From Nitrospirota bacterium (GTDB lineage Bacteria > Nitrospirota > UBA9217), in assembly GCA_963845065.1 (NCBI GenBank), contig CAWJQQ010000001.1, positions 224,001-288,000 of the forward strand: DNA of 64,000 nucleotides, given 5' to 3'. Positions 36,990-47,524 of the stretch are shown piece after piece. Every line of letters begins with the position of its first letter. Within the stretch, counting starts at the first letter, position 1. The position numbers were made by a program, and so were the translations under genes. The notes under the pieces are model-generated. The model made no database searches. It was not told where the DNA came from and was given only the letters and a program-made list of their open reading frames with translations.

Positions 36990-37217
36990 CGATTCATGAT
37001 AACTCGCGGGGTCCATCCTGTATCAAACGAGTTTCCATCCTTTGCAATAGTATAATTTACAACTAGAATTCTTCATACATCTACCCATAAAACACTCTAT
37101 CAACACACCCAGTCAAGATCATTGACATGCTGCTGTATCAGGCATATATTCTTCCGAGATACTTTTGAATGGTGTGATACATTCATTGCCAAAATCGCTA
37201 AACTTAAGAGAAGAGAG

Positions 37218-38129
37218 ATGATCATTACCAATCGTGCCTTCCATAAAACAATATCGGTCCTGTCAGCAATTCTTCTGTTTCTACTTTGCTTCAACGTATT
37301 CGCGCAGCAGACGAAAGGACTCGTTCGAAAACATCCTCTCTGGAAAATAAGTTCAAAGACCAACACAGTCTATCTCGTCGGGTCCATTCATGTGCTCAAG
37401 CAGGACGCCTATCCCCTCGATAAGAGCATTGAAGAGGCCTACGAAAACTCTCCACGGCTGATCTTCGAGATAAACTTCGACGATGTGGACGAGCAGAAAC
37501 TCCATCAGCTTACGGTCGACAAGGGTACCTACCATGACGGCCGGACACTCAAAGACGATCTTTCGAAGCAAACTTACGAATTCTCAAAAAAACGTCTAAC
37601 AGATCAGGGTCAGAACATCGAGAAATTCGAACGGCTCAAGCCGTGGCTCCTCGCAATGTCCCTAGAGGTAAGCGAACTACAACGGCTCGGTTTTGATCAA
37701 AGTCAGGGTATTGATAAATATTTTTATGATAAGGCCAAAAAAGATAGGAAGAAGATCGACGGATTTGAAACCGCGGAATATCAACTGAGCCTCTTGTGCG
37801 ACATGCCTGCGGGCATGCAAGAGGCGATGCTGCTCCAGACCATGAAGGACATCGATGATGTGCAGAAGGATGTCAACGTGATCATCGAAGCTTGGAAATC
37901 AGGTAACGCGGAAGCGCTCGATACGGTATTGCTCAAAAGTTTCCGGGGCTTCCCCGATGTGTATCAGAGGCTCATTACCGACAGAAACAAAAGTTGGATG
38001 CCCATGATAGAAGCCCTCATCGGTCAAAAAGAAAACGCCATGATCATCCTTGGCGCTGCACACCTCGTGGGCAAAGGCGGCATTCTTGCCGGGTTAAAGC
38101 AAGAGGGGTATCAGGTGGAGCAACTGTAA
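37218..38129 (+). CDS. TraB/GumN-family exported protein
   Basis: LWKI..YLVGSIH, GFETAEYQL, DRNKSW, GAAHLVG. Confidence 0.9.
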   Translation: MIITNRAFHKTISVLSAILLFLLCFNVFAQQTKGLVRKHPLWKISSKTNTVYLVGSIHVLKQDAYPLDKSIEEAYENSPRLIFEINFDDVDEQKLHQLTVDKGTYHDGRTLKDDLSKQTYEFSKKRLTDQGQNIEKFERLKPWLLAMSLEVSELQRLGFDQSQGIDKYFYDKAKKDRKKIDGFETAEYQLSLLCDMPAGMQEAMLLQTMKDIDDVQKDVNVIIEAWKSGNAEALDTVLLKSFRGFPDVYQRLITDRNKSWMPMIEALIGQKENAMIILGAAHLVGKGGILAGLKQEGYQVEQL

Positions 38130-38412
38130 AAAAACTCTATCGCGGGGTCATCTTGATTTTGCAACTTGCGAGTCGGTACAGCCTGGCCTGCGAGAAAATG
38201 AGGAATTCGGATGATACTTGCAGTAAGGTACTTCATGAAGTTGTGACTTGCCAAGCGGTCAGAGGATGCATATTTCAGCCTGAATATGGAAGGTTTCAGC
38301 ATTTCGGGTCTAATTTACTGATTCAGTTTATCATTTTTCGAATTACCATTTCTAGGCTGGAGTCACGGTATCAGAATTATTCCATTGATATGAACATAAG
38401 GAGAATATCATT

Positions 38413-38697
38413 ATGAAAAACATGATACTTTTAATGTCGATCATACCTATAGTGTTGTCCAGTTGTTATACAGGTTCATCAAATTTAGCCACAAAAAAAC
38501 AGGCCGAAGAATGCATTACACCCCATAACCCATATAATGATGGTAGCAGTCATGATGCCGGGTTTGATTGGGCCAGATTAAACGGTGGGAAATGCGATAA
38601 CCATTATCAGTCATTCAATGAAGGCTGCTCAGAATATTATCGTCAATTGACCCAATACAATAAATGTATCGCCAAGAACCCCAAGAGCCGCAAGTAA
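38413..38697 (+). CDS. Small Cys-containing lipoprotein
   Basis: AGGAG RBS, LSSC lipobox, HDAGFDWA..SFNEGC. Confidence 0.7.
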   Translation: MKNMILLMSIIPIVLSSCYTGSSNLATKKQAEECITPHNPYNDGSSHDAGFDWARLNGGKCDNHYQSFNEGCSEYYRQLTQYNKCIAKNPKSRK

Positions 38698-39519
38698 AAT
38701 TGTCCTGTGCCTTAACCAGCGGTCCATGCAGACGCAGCTTCCTGTCGCGAGCGAACCACTAGCCTATGAATGGAATCACCAATTAATCTGCATCATCTTA
38801 GATTTTCCGCCCTTGCAACTCATTAGGTGGCGTCGATAGAAGCCGTGTGGTCCAAAAAATTCAAACGTTTTATTTAACATTTTTTTCTGGCGGTACAGCT
38901 CTGGCTCTCCATCCTTGCAGACAGGTGGGATTGAGTGCAGTGTAATTTGATATTATTCTATCGGGCCTTCTTCATCTGTTCATATACCATGAAGATATGA
39001 AGAACTACACAATTTGTTTCCGTTGCGTGGCGTAAGTTTTCCACCTAGCTGACAAAGCGGTTAGCGCGAGTTTTAACATGATCCTGACATGCAATGATTC
39101 AACCTGTATTCTTTTCCCTTGTCACAATATTGCTAATGCAGACTCGTAGGTGAAGTCGAGTTTCATATAATATTAGCGAAGGTGCAGAATTCATTTTGAA
39201 TCATTGCATTTTGTGTAAAAATTATCTGTCAACGACTCCATCCTGTACTATGCACTCTGCACAGCTGCGTCAGGAGTATAACCTTCATACAGAATCATTG
39301 ACCGACTTGCGGCAGTATCTTAAGCTCAAGGATAGGCAGACATGCAAATAATAATGACTATCTCGATATGCCTAAGTTACATAGGTGGCATCAGCTCTAT
39401 AGTGGCTTTCTCTATCCATGATGACAAGGTGCGGATAGACATGGTAGTTATGATGATCCTTATCTCAGTCATGAATTCTTTATTTGCGAGGTATCTCTAC
39501 AAAAAAGCTTCTAAGAGTG

Positions 39520-39642
39520 AATTACCCCGCAGCAGAGCTGCGGGGCATCAAAATCAATAGAACCTAAGGCGCTTTTAGAGGCCTATCCTGATTTCGTCAG
39601 GGTGCCCTTTTCATCCCAGCAGTGGAACTGCTGGGTATTCAA
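39520..39642. repeat. Pair of related GC hairpins, probable IS200/IS605-derived miniature element
   Basis: CCCCGCAGC-AGA-GCTGCGGGG and CCCAGCAG-TGGAA-CTGCTGGG ~90 bp apart. Confidence 0.4.
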
Positions 39643-40040
39643 GGACTGGTTTTATAAAATGGACTGGGCGCTACAGAGTTTCGTCGTTAGCTTTAATGCG
39701 ATAATCATTCATTGGCTATATGAATCAGTCGAAACAAATTGGAACGAGGGTAGACGTTTCTTAAGCTGAGTATCTTATTATCTTCTTCCGAAGTTGTTTT
39801 TTTGCGATTCATCTAACCATTCCACGTTTCATCCAGAATCTTCTTGAATATCCGTAAAATACCCCTCTGCCTGACACCCTTCAGAATTCAGCATATATTT
39901 GTTGACGGCTCAGCATTATTATTGCTACACTGACTAGCAATAAAGATCGAGTGTTTATTCTCAGGTATTTAAGGGAATGGGCTCCGATGCTTCGCGTTCT
40001 CTGTGCCTCGGCGGTGAATAACTATTATGTGGGGGCTATT

Positions 40041-41396
40041 ATGAAAAACCGAAAACCAGTCTCACGGCTCCAGCAAATGCTGGCTGAAACGTTCGGCTTC
40101 GGTCCGGCTGTATCGCTCAGCGTTCTTGCTTTTTTCGGCCTGATCGTACTCTTTGCCGTCTTCTGGTTCTTCCATTCGGCCCCGCCGAAAACGATCATCA
40201 TCACCAGCGGCGACGGGGGGACGCGCTTCCGGAGAACAGCCGAGAAATACGCGAAGATCCTGGAGGGGAGCGGGGTGACGCTGAAGATTCTGAAGTCCGA
40301 AGGGTCGCTGGAGAACCTCAAACGGCTGGAAGATCCGGCCTTCCAGGTTGATGTCGGTTTTGTGCAAGACGGCGTAGCCAAGGGACAGAAAACCAATAAC
40401 CTGGTGTCTCTGGGCAGCATGTTCTATGAACCGCTCTTTATATTTTACCGCGACAGGAAGCAGCTCGATGTGCTCTCGCAGTTAAGCGGGAAGCGGTTGG
40501 CCATCGGTGTGAACGGTACGGGCACTCAAGCGCTGGCCCTGGAACTTTTGGAATGGAACGGCATCAAGCCCGGAGGCTCGACGCAGCTCCTGAAAATGGA
40601 CGATGACGCGTCAGCAGCTGCATTGCTTGCGGGCGAGATCGACGCGGCGTTTATGATGAGCGATTCGGCATCGTCAAGGCTCGTGCATGACTTGCTGAGA
40701 AAACCGGGGATCAGGCTTTTTGATTTTTCGCAGGCCGACGCGTACACCCGGCGCATCAGTTATCTGAACAAAACCGTGCTGCCCAAGGGGAGCATCGACT
40801 TTGGGAAGAGGATTCCCGACCAGGATGTCAACCTGATCAGCCCGACCGTCGAGCTGATCGCCCGGGCCGATCTTAATCCCGCGCTCTCCGACCTGCTGCT
40901 GGAAGCGGCAACAGAAGTGCACTCGCAAGCAGGGCTGATCAACAAACGCGGCGAATTCCCCTCACCGCGCGAGAATGAATACCGCATCAGCCCCGATGCC
41001 GTCCGTTACTACAAATCTGGCAAAAGCTTTCTCTACCGTTACATGCCGTTCCAGCTCGCCAGCCTGCTGAACCGCATGGTCGTCGTTCTCGTGCCGATGC
41101 TTCTGATTCTGATACCGGGTGCGCGCAGCATCCCGAAGATCTACCGCTGGCAGATGCGACTGCGCATCATCCGCTGGTATAGGGCGCTGTTGGTCCTGGA
41201 AAAAAACATGGCAGCCGGGCCGATCCAGGCGGACCAGGGGGAGGAAATAAAACGACAGCTCGAACATATCGAACATGCCGTAAATAAGATGAAGGTTCCG
41301 GCGTCGTTCGCGGATCAGTTTTACGGACTGCGTGTCAATATCGATTTTGTCCGCGCGAAGCTTACTCAGGTCTGTCCGGGCGGGCAAGAAGCCTGA
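40041..41396 (+). CDS. TAXI-family TRAP solute-binding-like membrane protein
   Basis: SAPPKTI, GSLENL, VGFVQ, YEPL, GTGT; N- and C-terminal TM segments. Confidence 0.8.
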   Translation: MKNRKPVSRLQQMLAETFGFGPAVSLSVLAFFGLIVLFAVFWFFHSAPPKTIIITSGDGGTRFRRTAEKYAKILEGSGVTLKILKSEGSLENLKRLEDPAFQVDVGFVQDGVAKGQKTNNLVSLGSMFYEPLFIFYRDRKQLDVLSQLSGKRLAIGVNGTGTQALALELLEWNGIKPGGSTQLLKMDDDASAAALLAGEIDAAFMMSDSASSRLVHDLLRKPGIRLFDFSQADAYTRRISYLNKTVLPKGSIDFGKRIPDQDVNLISPTVELIARADLNPALSDLLLEAATEVHSQAGLINKRGEFPSPRENEYRISPDAVRYYKSGKSFLYRYMPFQLASLLNRMVVVLVPMLLILIPGARSIPKIYRWQMRLRIIRWYRALLVLEKNMAAGPIQADQGEEIKRQLEHIEHAVNKMKVPASFADQFYGLRVNIDFVRAKLTQVCPGGQEA

Positions 41397-41457
41397 TGCA
41401 AAGTTGGTAAAGTAACGAGCAAGTTAGAATCAGGAAGGGTGACAACTCCGCTGCGCA

Positions 41458-44400
41458 TCACTTCTTTTCTGGCTCCTTCGAAAAGAGCTTCACCGGCGCT
41501 TTGATGATGTTCGTGAAAATTTGTAGTATCCGCGACCCGACCGCCTTGGGCGAGAGCACGGTGACGTCAGGATTCGTGAGATCTCCGGACACGCGGGTCG
41601 GGATCGTGATGAGCGTGCCCCCCAGGATCGTGTTGACGATTGGCGTGTGCCTGATGAGCCAGTTGATTGATGAGAAAGGCGCCACGAGCACAACCATGTC
41701 GATCTTCTGATTTCCCAGATCGACCTCTCCCTCCGCAATGATGTCCAGCGATTTCCCTCCGATGTAGGCTTTTTCAATCGTGAATACGCCCTGATGAATG
41801 TCCCCCTGCAGGGCCATGGAGTTGTAGGGGAAGCCGTTGCCCCCGATTTCCGGGGCCCGTCCGCGGAAGATCTCCAGAACGCTCAGGACGGATAGTACGT
41901 TCGCGAGCGTCGGGAATTGATAGATTTTTCCCTTCCTTGCCTTGAAATCCACCCGGCCCTCTAGGGCCGAGAGCATATCCGTGCCCGTACCGTGGGACTG
42001 AATTTTCGCAGTCAGGTCATAGTCGCCGGTTATGTGCAGCTCCTTGCCGGTCAAGCAGTCGATGGTCGGCTCCAGCGGCTCTGCCTTTACCGAGGGAGTA
42101 AAGCTGAATGATGTACTTTCCCGGGACACGAGAACCGCGCCTGCCAGGGCAACTCCGCATGTCTTCGTATTGTTGAACTCCAGGCCTACCGTGTCTGGCT
42201 CCACGGTCATCACTGCATGCGCGGGCGCCAGGGTAAAGCGTCCGTATTTGACGTACGCCGAGTCGGCGGTGAAGTCGCCCCGGATGGGCGGCAGGGGAAA
42301 GGACCTCGCCATCTGCTCTGGCTTCTGCTTTTGTGGTGTCTGGTCGACCGGGGCGGCTTTTTTACCGTTTGACTGCGCCAAGGCCTGCCGGATCGTATCG
42401 ATGTTAATCCCATCGGCGGCGAGCTTCATGCTGAAGGCAAGCCCTTCATCCGATGTGGTTACGGCCCCGGTCAGGGAGTAATGGTTCTTTCCCCACGTCA
42501 CGTCAGCGGATTCTACGGTGAGCACATCGTCCTTGGCGTGGAGAACGAACTTGTTCACCGTGGTCGGAATCGGCATGCCCCAGGGAACGAACAAATCGCT
42601 GCCCGTAAGGCTTCCCTGCATACGCGATTTAAGCGGCAGGTCAATGCGGACGAGGGAGTGAAGATCGCCCTGCATGGTTCCGTTCCCGAAGGTTCCCTGC
42701 TCGAATATCCTGCTCAGGGTGGACTCCGCGAGAAGACCGGAGAAGGAGAAGTCCGCTGCCTGTTTCTGCCAGTTCAGGGTGAACGCGGCCTTGGTCTCCT
42801 GGTCCTTGATCGAGAACTTGTGGACCTCCAGGTCTGCACCCTGTTGGGAGAGGTCTATGAAGAACTTCAGCCCGTCCGCTACCGACGCTGTCCCGGAGAA
42901 CGAGGTGCCCCTGTTCCGCTGCCAGACGAGATGGGCGCCAGAAAGGGCAAGCGGGGTCTTGACCATGAGCTCGGGCGGCAGTTTGAGGTTTTCAAAAGCC
43001 CAGTCGACGGTTTTTCTGCCCGAGCTGCCATCAAGCGTCACGTCCGCGTTGCTCACGGTCGTAGTGATGCCGCTCACCACCGCGGTGCCGGTGATGGTCG
43101 AGTCGAGGATCGTGGCTTCCTTCAGGCCGAAGGCGAGTTTATCCGGAACATAACTGAACGTTCCTTTCACGAGGCCGAGCGGGCCGGGCAGGACCGGCGC
43201 ATGGAAAAGAATGTGATCAAACTCGCCGGCGGCAATGAATTTCCATTCCAGGGGCCGGTACAGCCGGCCGTTGATCTTGAGCGCGGTTAGGGTGAACTTT
43301 CCGGCCAAGGTGTCAATTCCCTGCAGAAGGTGCTCCAATGCCGGATGCCACCTGCGCCAGCCGAAGACCTCGGTGATATTGATCGTCGCGTTGCCGCTCC
43401 GGAGTTCGAGCACGGGATCGTCCCGACCAGTAAGGAGCGCGGACACATGGGACAGGGAAGACGATCCCATGCGAGCTGATAATTCGGTTATTTCCGCCAG
43501 ATTATCCTCGACGGCAAACGAGTAATTGACCATCACGGGAGCGGGAAGCCGCGGGGACGCGAGTTCGATCTGGCGGGCTTCGCCAGTTAGCCGCATGCGC
43601 AATTTTTCGGGCTGGGAGAGCAGCCCCTGTCCCTTCATGGACGAGATGACGAGTGTGCCCTTTAATGACGACAGCTCCTTCATAAAGGGGGTCAGGTTCT
43701 CCGATGACTTGAGCCACTCATAGATTTCCTGCAGCGCGAACTCGGCCCTGCCCGAGCGTATTTCAATTCGCGGATCGCGGTCCCAGGTCAGGAGCGCTGA
43801 GTAGTCCGTGAGTGAAGAATGGCCCAGTGCAAGGTTTAAATCCCGGATCTCCGTTTGGGCTTCGGTAAAGGAGTACCTTCCGCTCAGGGCGAAATCTCCC
43901 CATCGGTCAGTGCCGGCCTTGACCAGAACGTGCATGTCGCCGGGCGGGGCGTTGAAATGGACAGTCACATTCTTGAGGGACAGAAAATCCCGATGGTTTT
44001 TCCTCAAGACGAATTTTCCGTTGTCCATCTCGACTACGAGCCGGGGCCCGATCAGCTGCAGATAGCCGAGCACGGACCTGATATCCTCTTTTGTTTCCTC
44101 CAAGGTCGGGGCCTCGGATGTCTTGTCGGTTTTCGCGGCAGGCACGGCGATCCTGAAGTCAGGCTCCTGTATCCGTATCTTGGAAACCTGAACGCGGCCT
44201 CTGAATAGGGGAAGGATCTGTGGTGCAATGCTGAGGGACCGGAGCGTGCCTCTAAACGTGCGGGGATACGCCAGGCTGAGCCCTTCGATGGTCACCCGCG
44301 GCCGGGGGAACAGGGAGATATCGATCTTTTCGTAAGAAACTTTTCCACGGAGCTTCTCCTGCACCGCGGTCTGTATTTTGTTTTTTACTGCCGCGGAGCT

Positions 44401-44499
44401 CAGGTAGAGCGGGACAACGACGGTCACGGCGAATAGCAGGATCGCGAGAAAACCGGCAGCTATCGTGCACCAGAACTGTTTTGGTTTGAGATTTAGCAT
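41458..44499 (-). CDS. AsmA-like protein
   Basis: 1013 aa, N-terminal anchor, beta-rich body, AsmA-like C-terminus. Confidence 0.75.
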   Translation of the reverse strand: MLNLKPKQFWCTIAAGFLAILLFAVTVVVPLYLSSAAVKNKIQTAVQEKLRGKVSYEKIDISLFPRPRVTIEGLSLAYPRTFRGTLRSLSIAPQILPLFRGRVQVSKIRIQEPDFRIAVPAAKTDKTSEAPTLEETKEDIRSVLGYLQLIGPRLVVEMDNGKFVLRKNHRDFLSLKNVTVHFNAPPGDMHVLVKAGTDRWGDFALSGRYSFTEAQTEIRDLNLALGHSSLTDYSALLTWDRDPRIEIRSGRAEFALQEIYEWLKSSENLTPFMKELSSLKGTLVISSMKGQGLLSQPEKLRMRLTGEARQIELASPRLPAPVMVNYSFAVEDNLAEITELSARMGSSSLSHVSALLTGRDDPVLELRSGNATINITEVFGWRRWHPALEHLLQGIDTLAGKFTLTALKINGRLYRPLEWKFIAAGEFDHILFHAPVLPGPLGLVKGTFSYVPDKLAFGLKEATILDSTITGTAVVSGITTTVSNADVTLDGSSGRKTVDWAFENLKLPPELMVKTPLALSGAHLVWQRNRGTSFSGTASVADGLKFFIDLSQQGADLEVHKFSIKDQETKAAFTLNWQKQAADFSFSGLLAESTLSRIFEQGTFGNGTMQGDLHSLVRIDLPLKSRMQGSLTGSDLFVPWGMPIPTTVNKFVLHAKDDVLTVESADVTWGKNHYSLTGAVTTSDEGLAFSMKLAADGINIDTIRQALAQSNGKKAAPVDQTPQKQKPEQMARSFPLPPIRGDFTADSAYVKYGRFTLAPAHAVMTVEPDTVGLEFNNTKTCGVALAGAVLVSRESTSFSFTPSVKAEPLEPTIDCLTGKELHITGDYDLTAKIQSHGTGTDMLSALEGRVDFKARKGKIYQFPTLANVLSVLSVLEIFRGRAPEIGGNGFPYNSMALQGDIHQGVFTIEKAYIGGKSLDIIAEGEVDLGNQKIDMVVLVAPFSSINWLIRHTPIVNTILGGTLITIPTRVSGDLTNPDVTVLSPKAVGSRILQIFTNIIKAPVKLFSKEPEKK

Positions 44500-45334
44500 G
44501 TGTTCTCCGTCTTAATTTTAGATTATACTCATTAGGGCCTTGCTCGGCAAATGAATCTTAACGGTACCTCATAGGGTCACCTATGAAAAAGGCTGTCAAG
44601 TTTGAGCGATATTTCCATAAATCGGTCACCTATCCGTGCTCGATTCAAGGCACACTGTAACGTCGGATCCCAATTTCTATCGGGTGGTTAGCCCTAGATG
44701 ATAATACCTCTGATAATGCTTTTCCTTTAAAGAGTGATCTGAAATTATAGAAGGCTGGGATATCGCTATGTTCAACTCTACGCAATCGTAATGCTGGGTC
44801 AGACAATTCGTGAGGGCGGAATTATAACGTAATTGGTTAGCGTCAATTACATACTTTGGATGGCATCCATATTCTGCCAGTTCTAATTTTGAAGAAGGCT
44901 TTTCCTTATCGTGGAATCTTTAAAAAGACAGACCATAACAAATCAGAAGCGGTTCTGGCTAAATCTGCTTCCTTTATTCTATCCGATCACTGTATTCATA
45001 TTATCAGTACGCTAAGAAAGAGAGAGAAACAGATCAAAAATAGGAAGGATGGCGGCCCGTCTCAACAGGTAATCGACATATATAATTTGAAGTAATCAGC
45101 CAACTTTCCATCCCTGAAGCTGATAAAGTTGTCATTCTTTGCGAAACATATCTGTTTACATTCTATAATCGTTAGAATACCTTTAAATCCTATCGTTATG
45201 GTGGACATTATCAAAGGTTAGAGGTAAAATCGCCATAAAATATGTAAATACTTAATTCTTGTGTCGGCTGGGACTTTGCTCAGCAGACATGACCCCTAGA
45301 GCGCAGTCGATACTATGCTTGGGAGGATCAAGCG

Positions 45335-46639
45335 ATGAAGAGGACCCTGACGGCATTCTCGATGATGGTTATGACTTGCATGCTGTTGGCCAACTGCGGT
45401 ACGAATATGCCGACCAGTGTACCTTTCGCGCCGGCAGTTGAAGCCACTGCAGGAGACGGACAGGTGACTGTAAGCTTGACAGAAGTGGCACCATATTGCC
45501 CGACGGTAAACTCTTACACAGTATACTACTCTACCACAGACCCCGTAACGTCGTCATCTACAACAAAGGTGACAGGGATCCTCAGTTCATCAACTACATT
45601 CACCGGACTTACCAATGGCACTATGTATTACTTCATCGCAACGGCAGTGAACGCAGTTGGCGAAAGCCCACCGTCATCAGAAGTGAGAGCCATGCCGGAT
45701 CTAAACATAGGAACCGTGACGATTCTCGACTCTGCCTCAGGACTGCTCGGTTATCCCCAAAGTATTGCGGTCGATTCTACCAGTGTCTATTGGACTGAGG
45801 ATATAGGTACCCCGTGGGGGGGTGGTACTGGGGCTTTAAAGAAGGTAGGGTTAAACGGAGGGACCGTGACGACCCTCGCCTCAGGAACGAGTGCTTGGCA
45901 ATTTGGTCCCCAGGGTATTGCAGTCGATTCCACCAGTGTCTACTGGACTGATAATTTTAGCGGGACTGTAAATAAGGTTCTAATAAGCGGAGGAAGCGTA
46001 ACGACCCTTGCCTCAGGAACGAATAATTGGCGATATGGTCCCCAGGGTATTGCTGTCGATTCCACCAGTGTCTACTGGGCCGATGGCGCTGGCATAAGGA
46101 AGGTGGGGATAAACGGAGGGACCGTCACGACCCTCGCCTCTGGAACGATTAATCCCTACGCTATCGCAATCGATTCCACCAATATCTACTGGACCGGCTA
46201 TACCAATACTAATAGCGTGACTGTAAATAAGGTAGGTTTAAACGGAGGGACCGTCACGACCCTCGCCTTAGAGCAGAGCGGCTGTCCCCGAGGTATTGCC
46301 GTCGATACCACCAGTGTCTACTGGACTGATATGTGTAATTGGGCTGTAAACAAGGTAGGGATAAACGGAGGATCCGTCACGACCCTCGCCTCAGGATCGT
46401 ATACCGGGGAGTTTAATGGCCCCTATGGTATTGCTGTCGATTCTATTAACGTCTACTGGACTGAGTTTAATGAAAGCGGGAGTATATATAAGGTAGGGAT
46501 AAACGGGGGGATATTCACGACCGTCGCCTCAGGACTGAGTATGCCCGCAAATATTGCTGTCGATTCTTCTAACGTCTACTGGACTGAGTATGGTTATAGT
46601 ATTTTTGGTGGCGGGACTGTAAAGAAGGTGTCAAAGTAG
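45335..46639 (+). CDS. Lipoprotein with fibronectin type III domain and seven YWT-type propeller repeats
   Basis: LANC lipobox, GLTNGTMYYF..AVNAVGES, repeats P.GIAVDSTSVYWT..KVG.NGGTVTTLASG. Confidence 0.85.
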   Translation: MKRTLTAFSMMVMTCMLLANCGTNMPTSVPFAPAVEATAGDGQVTVSLTEVAPYCPTVNSYTVYYSTTDPVTSSSTTKVTGILSSSTTFTGLTNGTMYYFIATAVNAVGESPPSSEVRAMPDLNIGTVTILDSASGLLGYPQSIAVDSTSVYWTEDIGTPWGGGTGALKKVGLNGGTVTTLASGTSAWQFGPQGIAVDSTSVYWTDNFSGTVNKVLISGGSVTTLASGTNNWRYGPQGIAVDSTSVYWADGAGIRKVGINGGTVTTLASGTINPYAIAIDSTNIYWTGYTNTNSVTVNKVGLNGGTVTTLALEQSGCPRGIAVDTTSVYWTDMCNWAVNKVGINGGSVTTLASGSYTGEFNGPYGIAVDSINVYWTEFNESGSIYKVGINGGIFTTVASGLSMPANIAVDSSNVYWTEYGYSIFGGGTVKKVSK

Positions 46640-47032
46640 AGCTGAGTGTACTGTCGGTTAGATAAACATGAGGTCGATGATGGCAAACAGTCGTGATAGT
46701 GACACTATTAGTCCTAGGAATCTTGCAGTATTTGCTTCTCTACCATTAAAAAAATACGACTCCATTCGGTTTTAGATTGCCGTTAAAAAAAGAACTTTTC
46801 AAGAGACGCAATGTTAATTTCGGGGAGCGTAGGTAGTCCTGGCTATTTTTGTTACTCGGAGAAAAGAAAAGCCTATCCGTTAATCGAATGGGCTTAGAGT
46901 AACAAAAAGGATGGGACAGGCTATTACTTCGCGCCGAGGATTGCGGCTTTACCCTCAGGATTTGACAACCTTCTTGATGGGAATCCTGATGGTTTGAGCA
47001 TTGCCCGTTAACCACTAGCTTATGGTGACCTT

Positions 47033-47515
47033 TTATTTCAATGAATGTAACCCAAACATATTCCCTTCCGTGTCGAAAACCAAGGAGATAAAGCCATACT
47101 CACCAATGGAAAGTTTCTTTTTCTCGATACTTCCTCCAAATTTTACCACTCGTTTTTCTTCAACGGCGCAATCTGCACAACTGAAGTAAACAATGGTGCT
47201 GTTACCGCCGGAGAGAATGCCTTTCATTTTAATCAAAGCTCCACCAGCACCCCATCCGTCCATCTCCATTGGAAAGGCCCAAATTTCAACATTGGGATTA
47301 TTTAACTTAGTCAATTTGACTTGGAACACTGATTCATAAAACTTCTTCGCACGTTTGAGGTCTTGAACATAGATTTCAAACCAGCCAACGGGATTGTATT
47401 TTACCGGGGTTTCCTTTCTTGTTACTTCTCCGATGAAATCCAATATTTCAGCGGCAGCTTTCTTGGTGGTTGATGCCTTTTCAGCAATCTTAGCTATCAA
47501 CTGCTTTTTTGTCAT
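47033..47515 (-). CDS. HU-like N-terminal helices fused to a VOC/glyoxalase domain; native start cut off by IS
   Basis: MTKKQLIAKIAEKASTTKKAAAEIL then NPVGWFEIYVQDLKRAKKFYE..DTEGNMFGLHS. Confidence 0.7.
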   Translation of the reverse strand: MTKKQLIAKIAEKASTTKKAAAEILDFIGEVTRKETPVKYNPVGWFEIYVQDLKRAKKFYESVFQVKLTKLNNPNVEIWAFPMEMDGWGAGGALIKMKGILSGGNSTIVYFSCADCAVEEKRVVKFGGSIEKKKLSIGEYGFISLVFDTEGNMFGLHSLK

Positions 47516-47524
47516 TGCCTTAGC

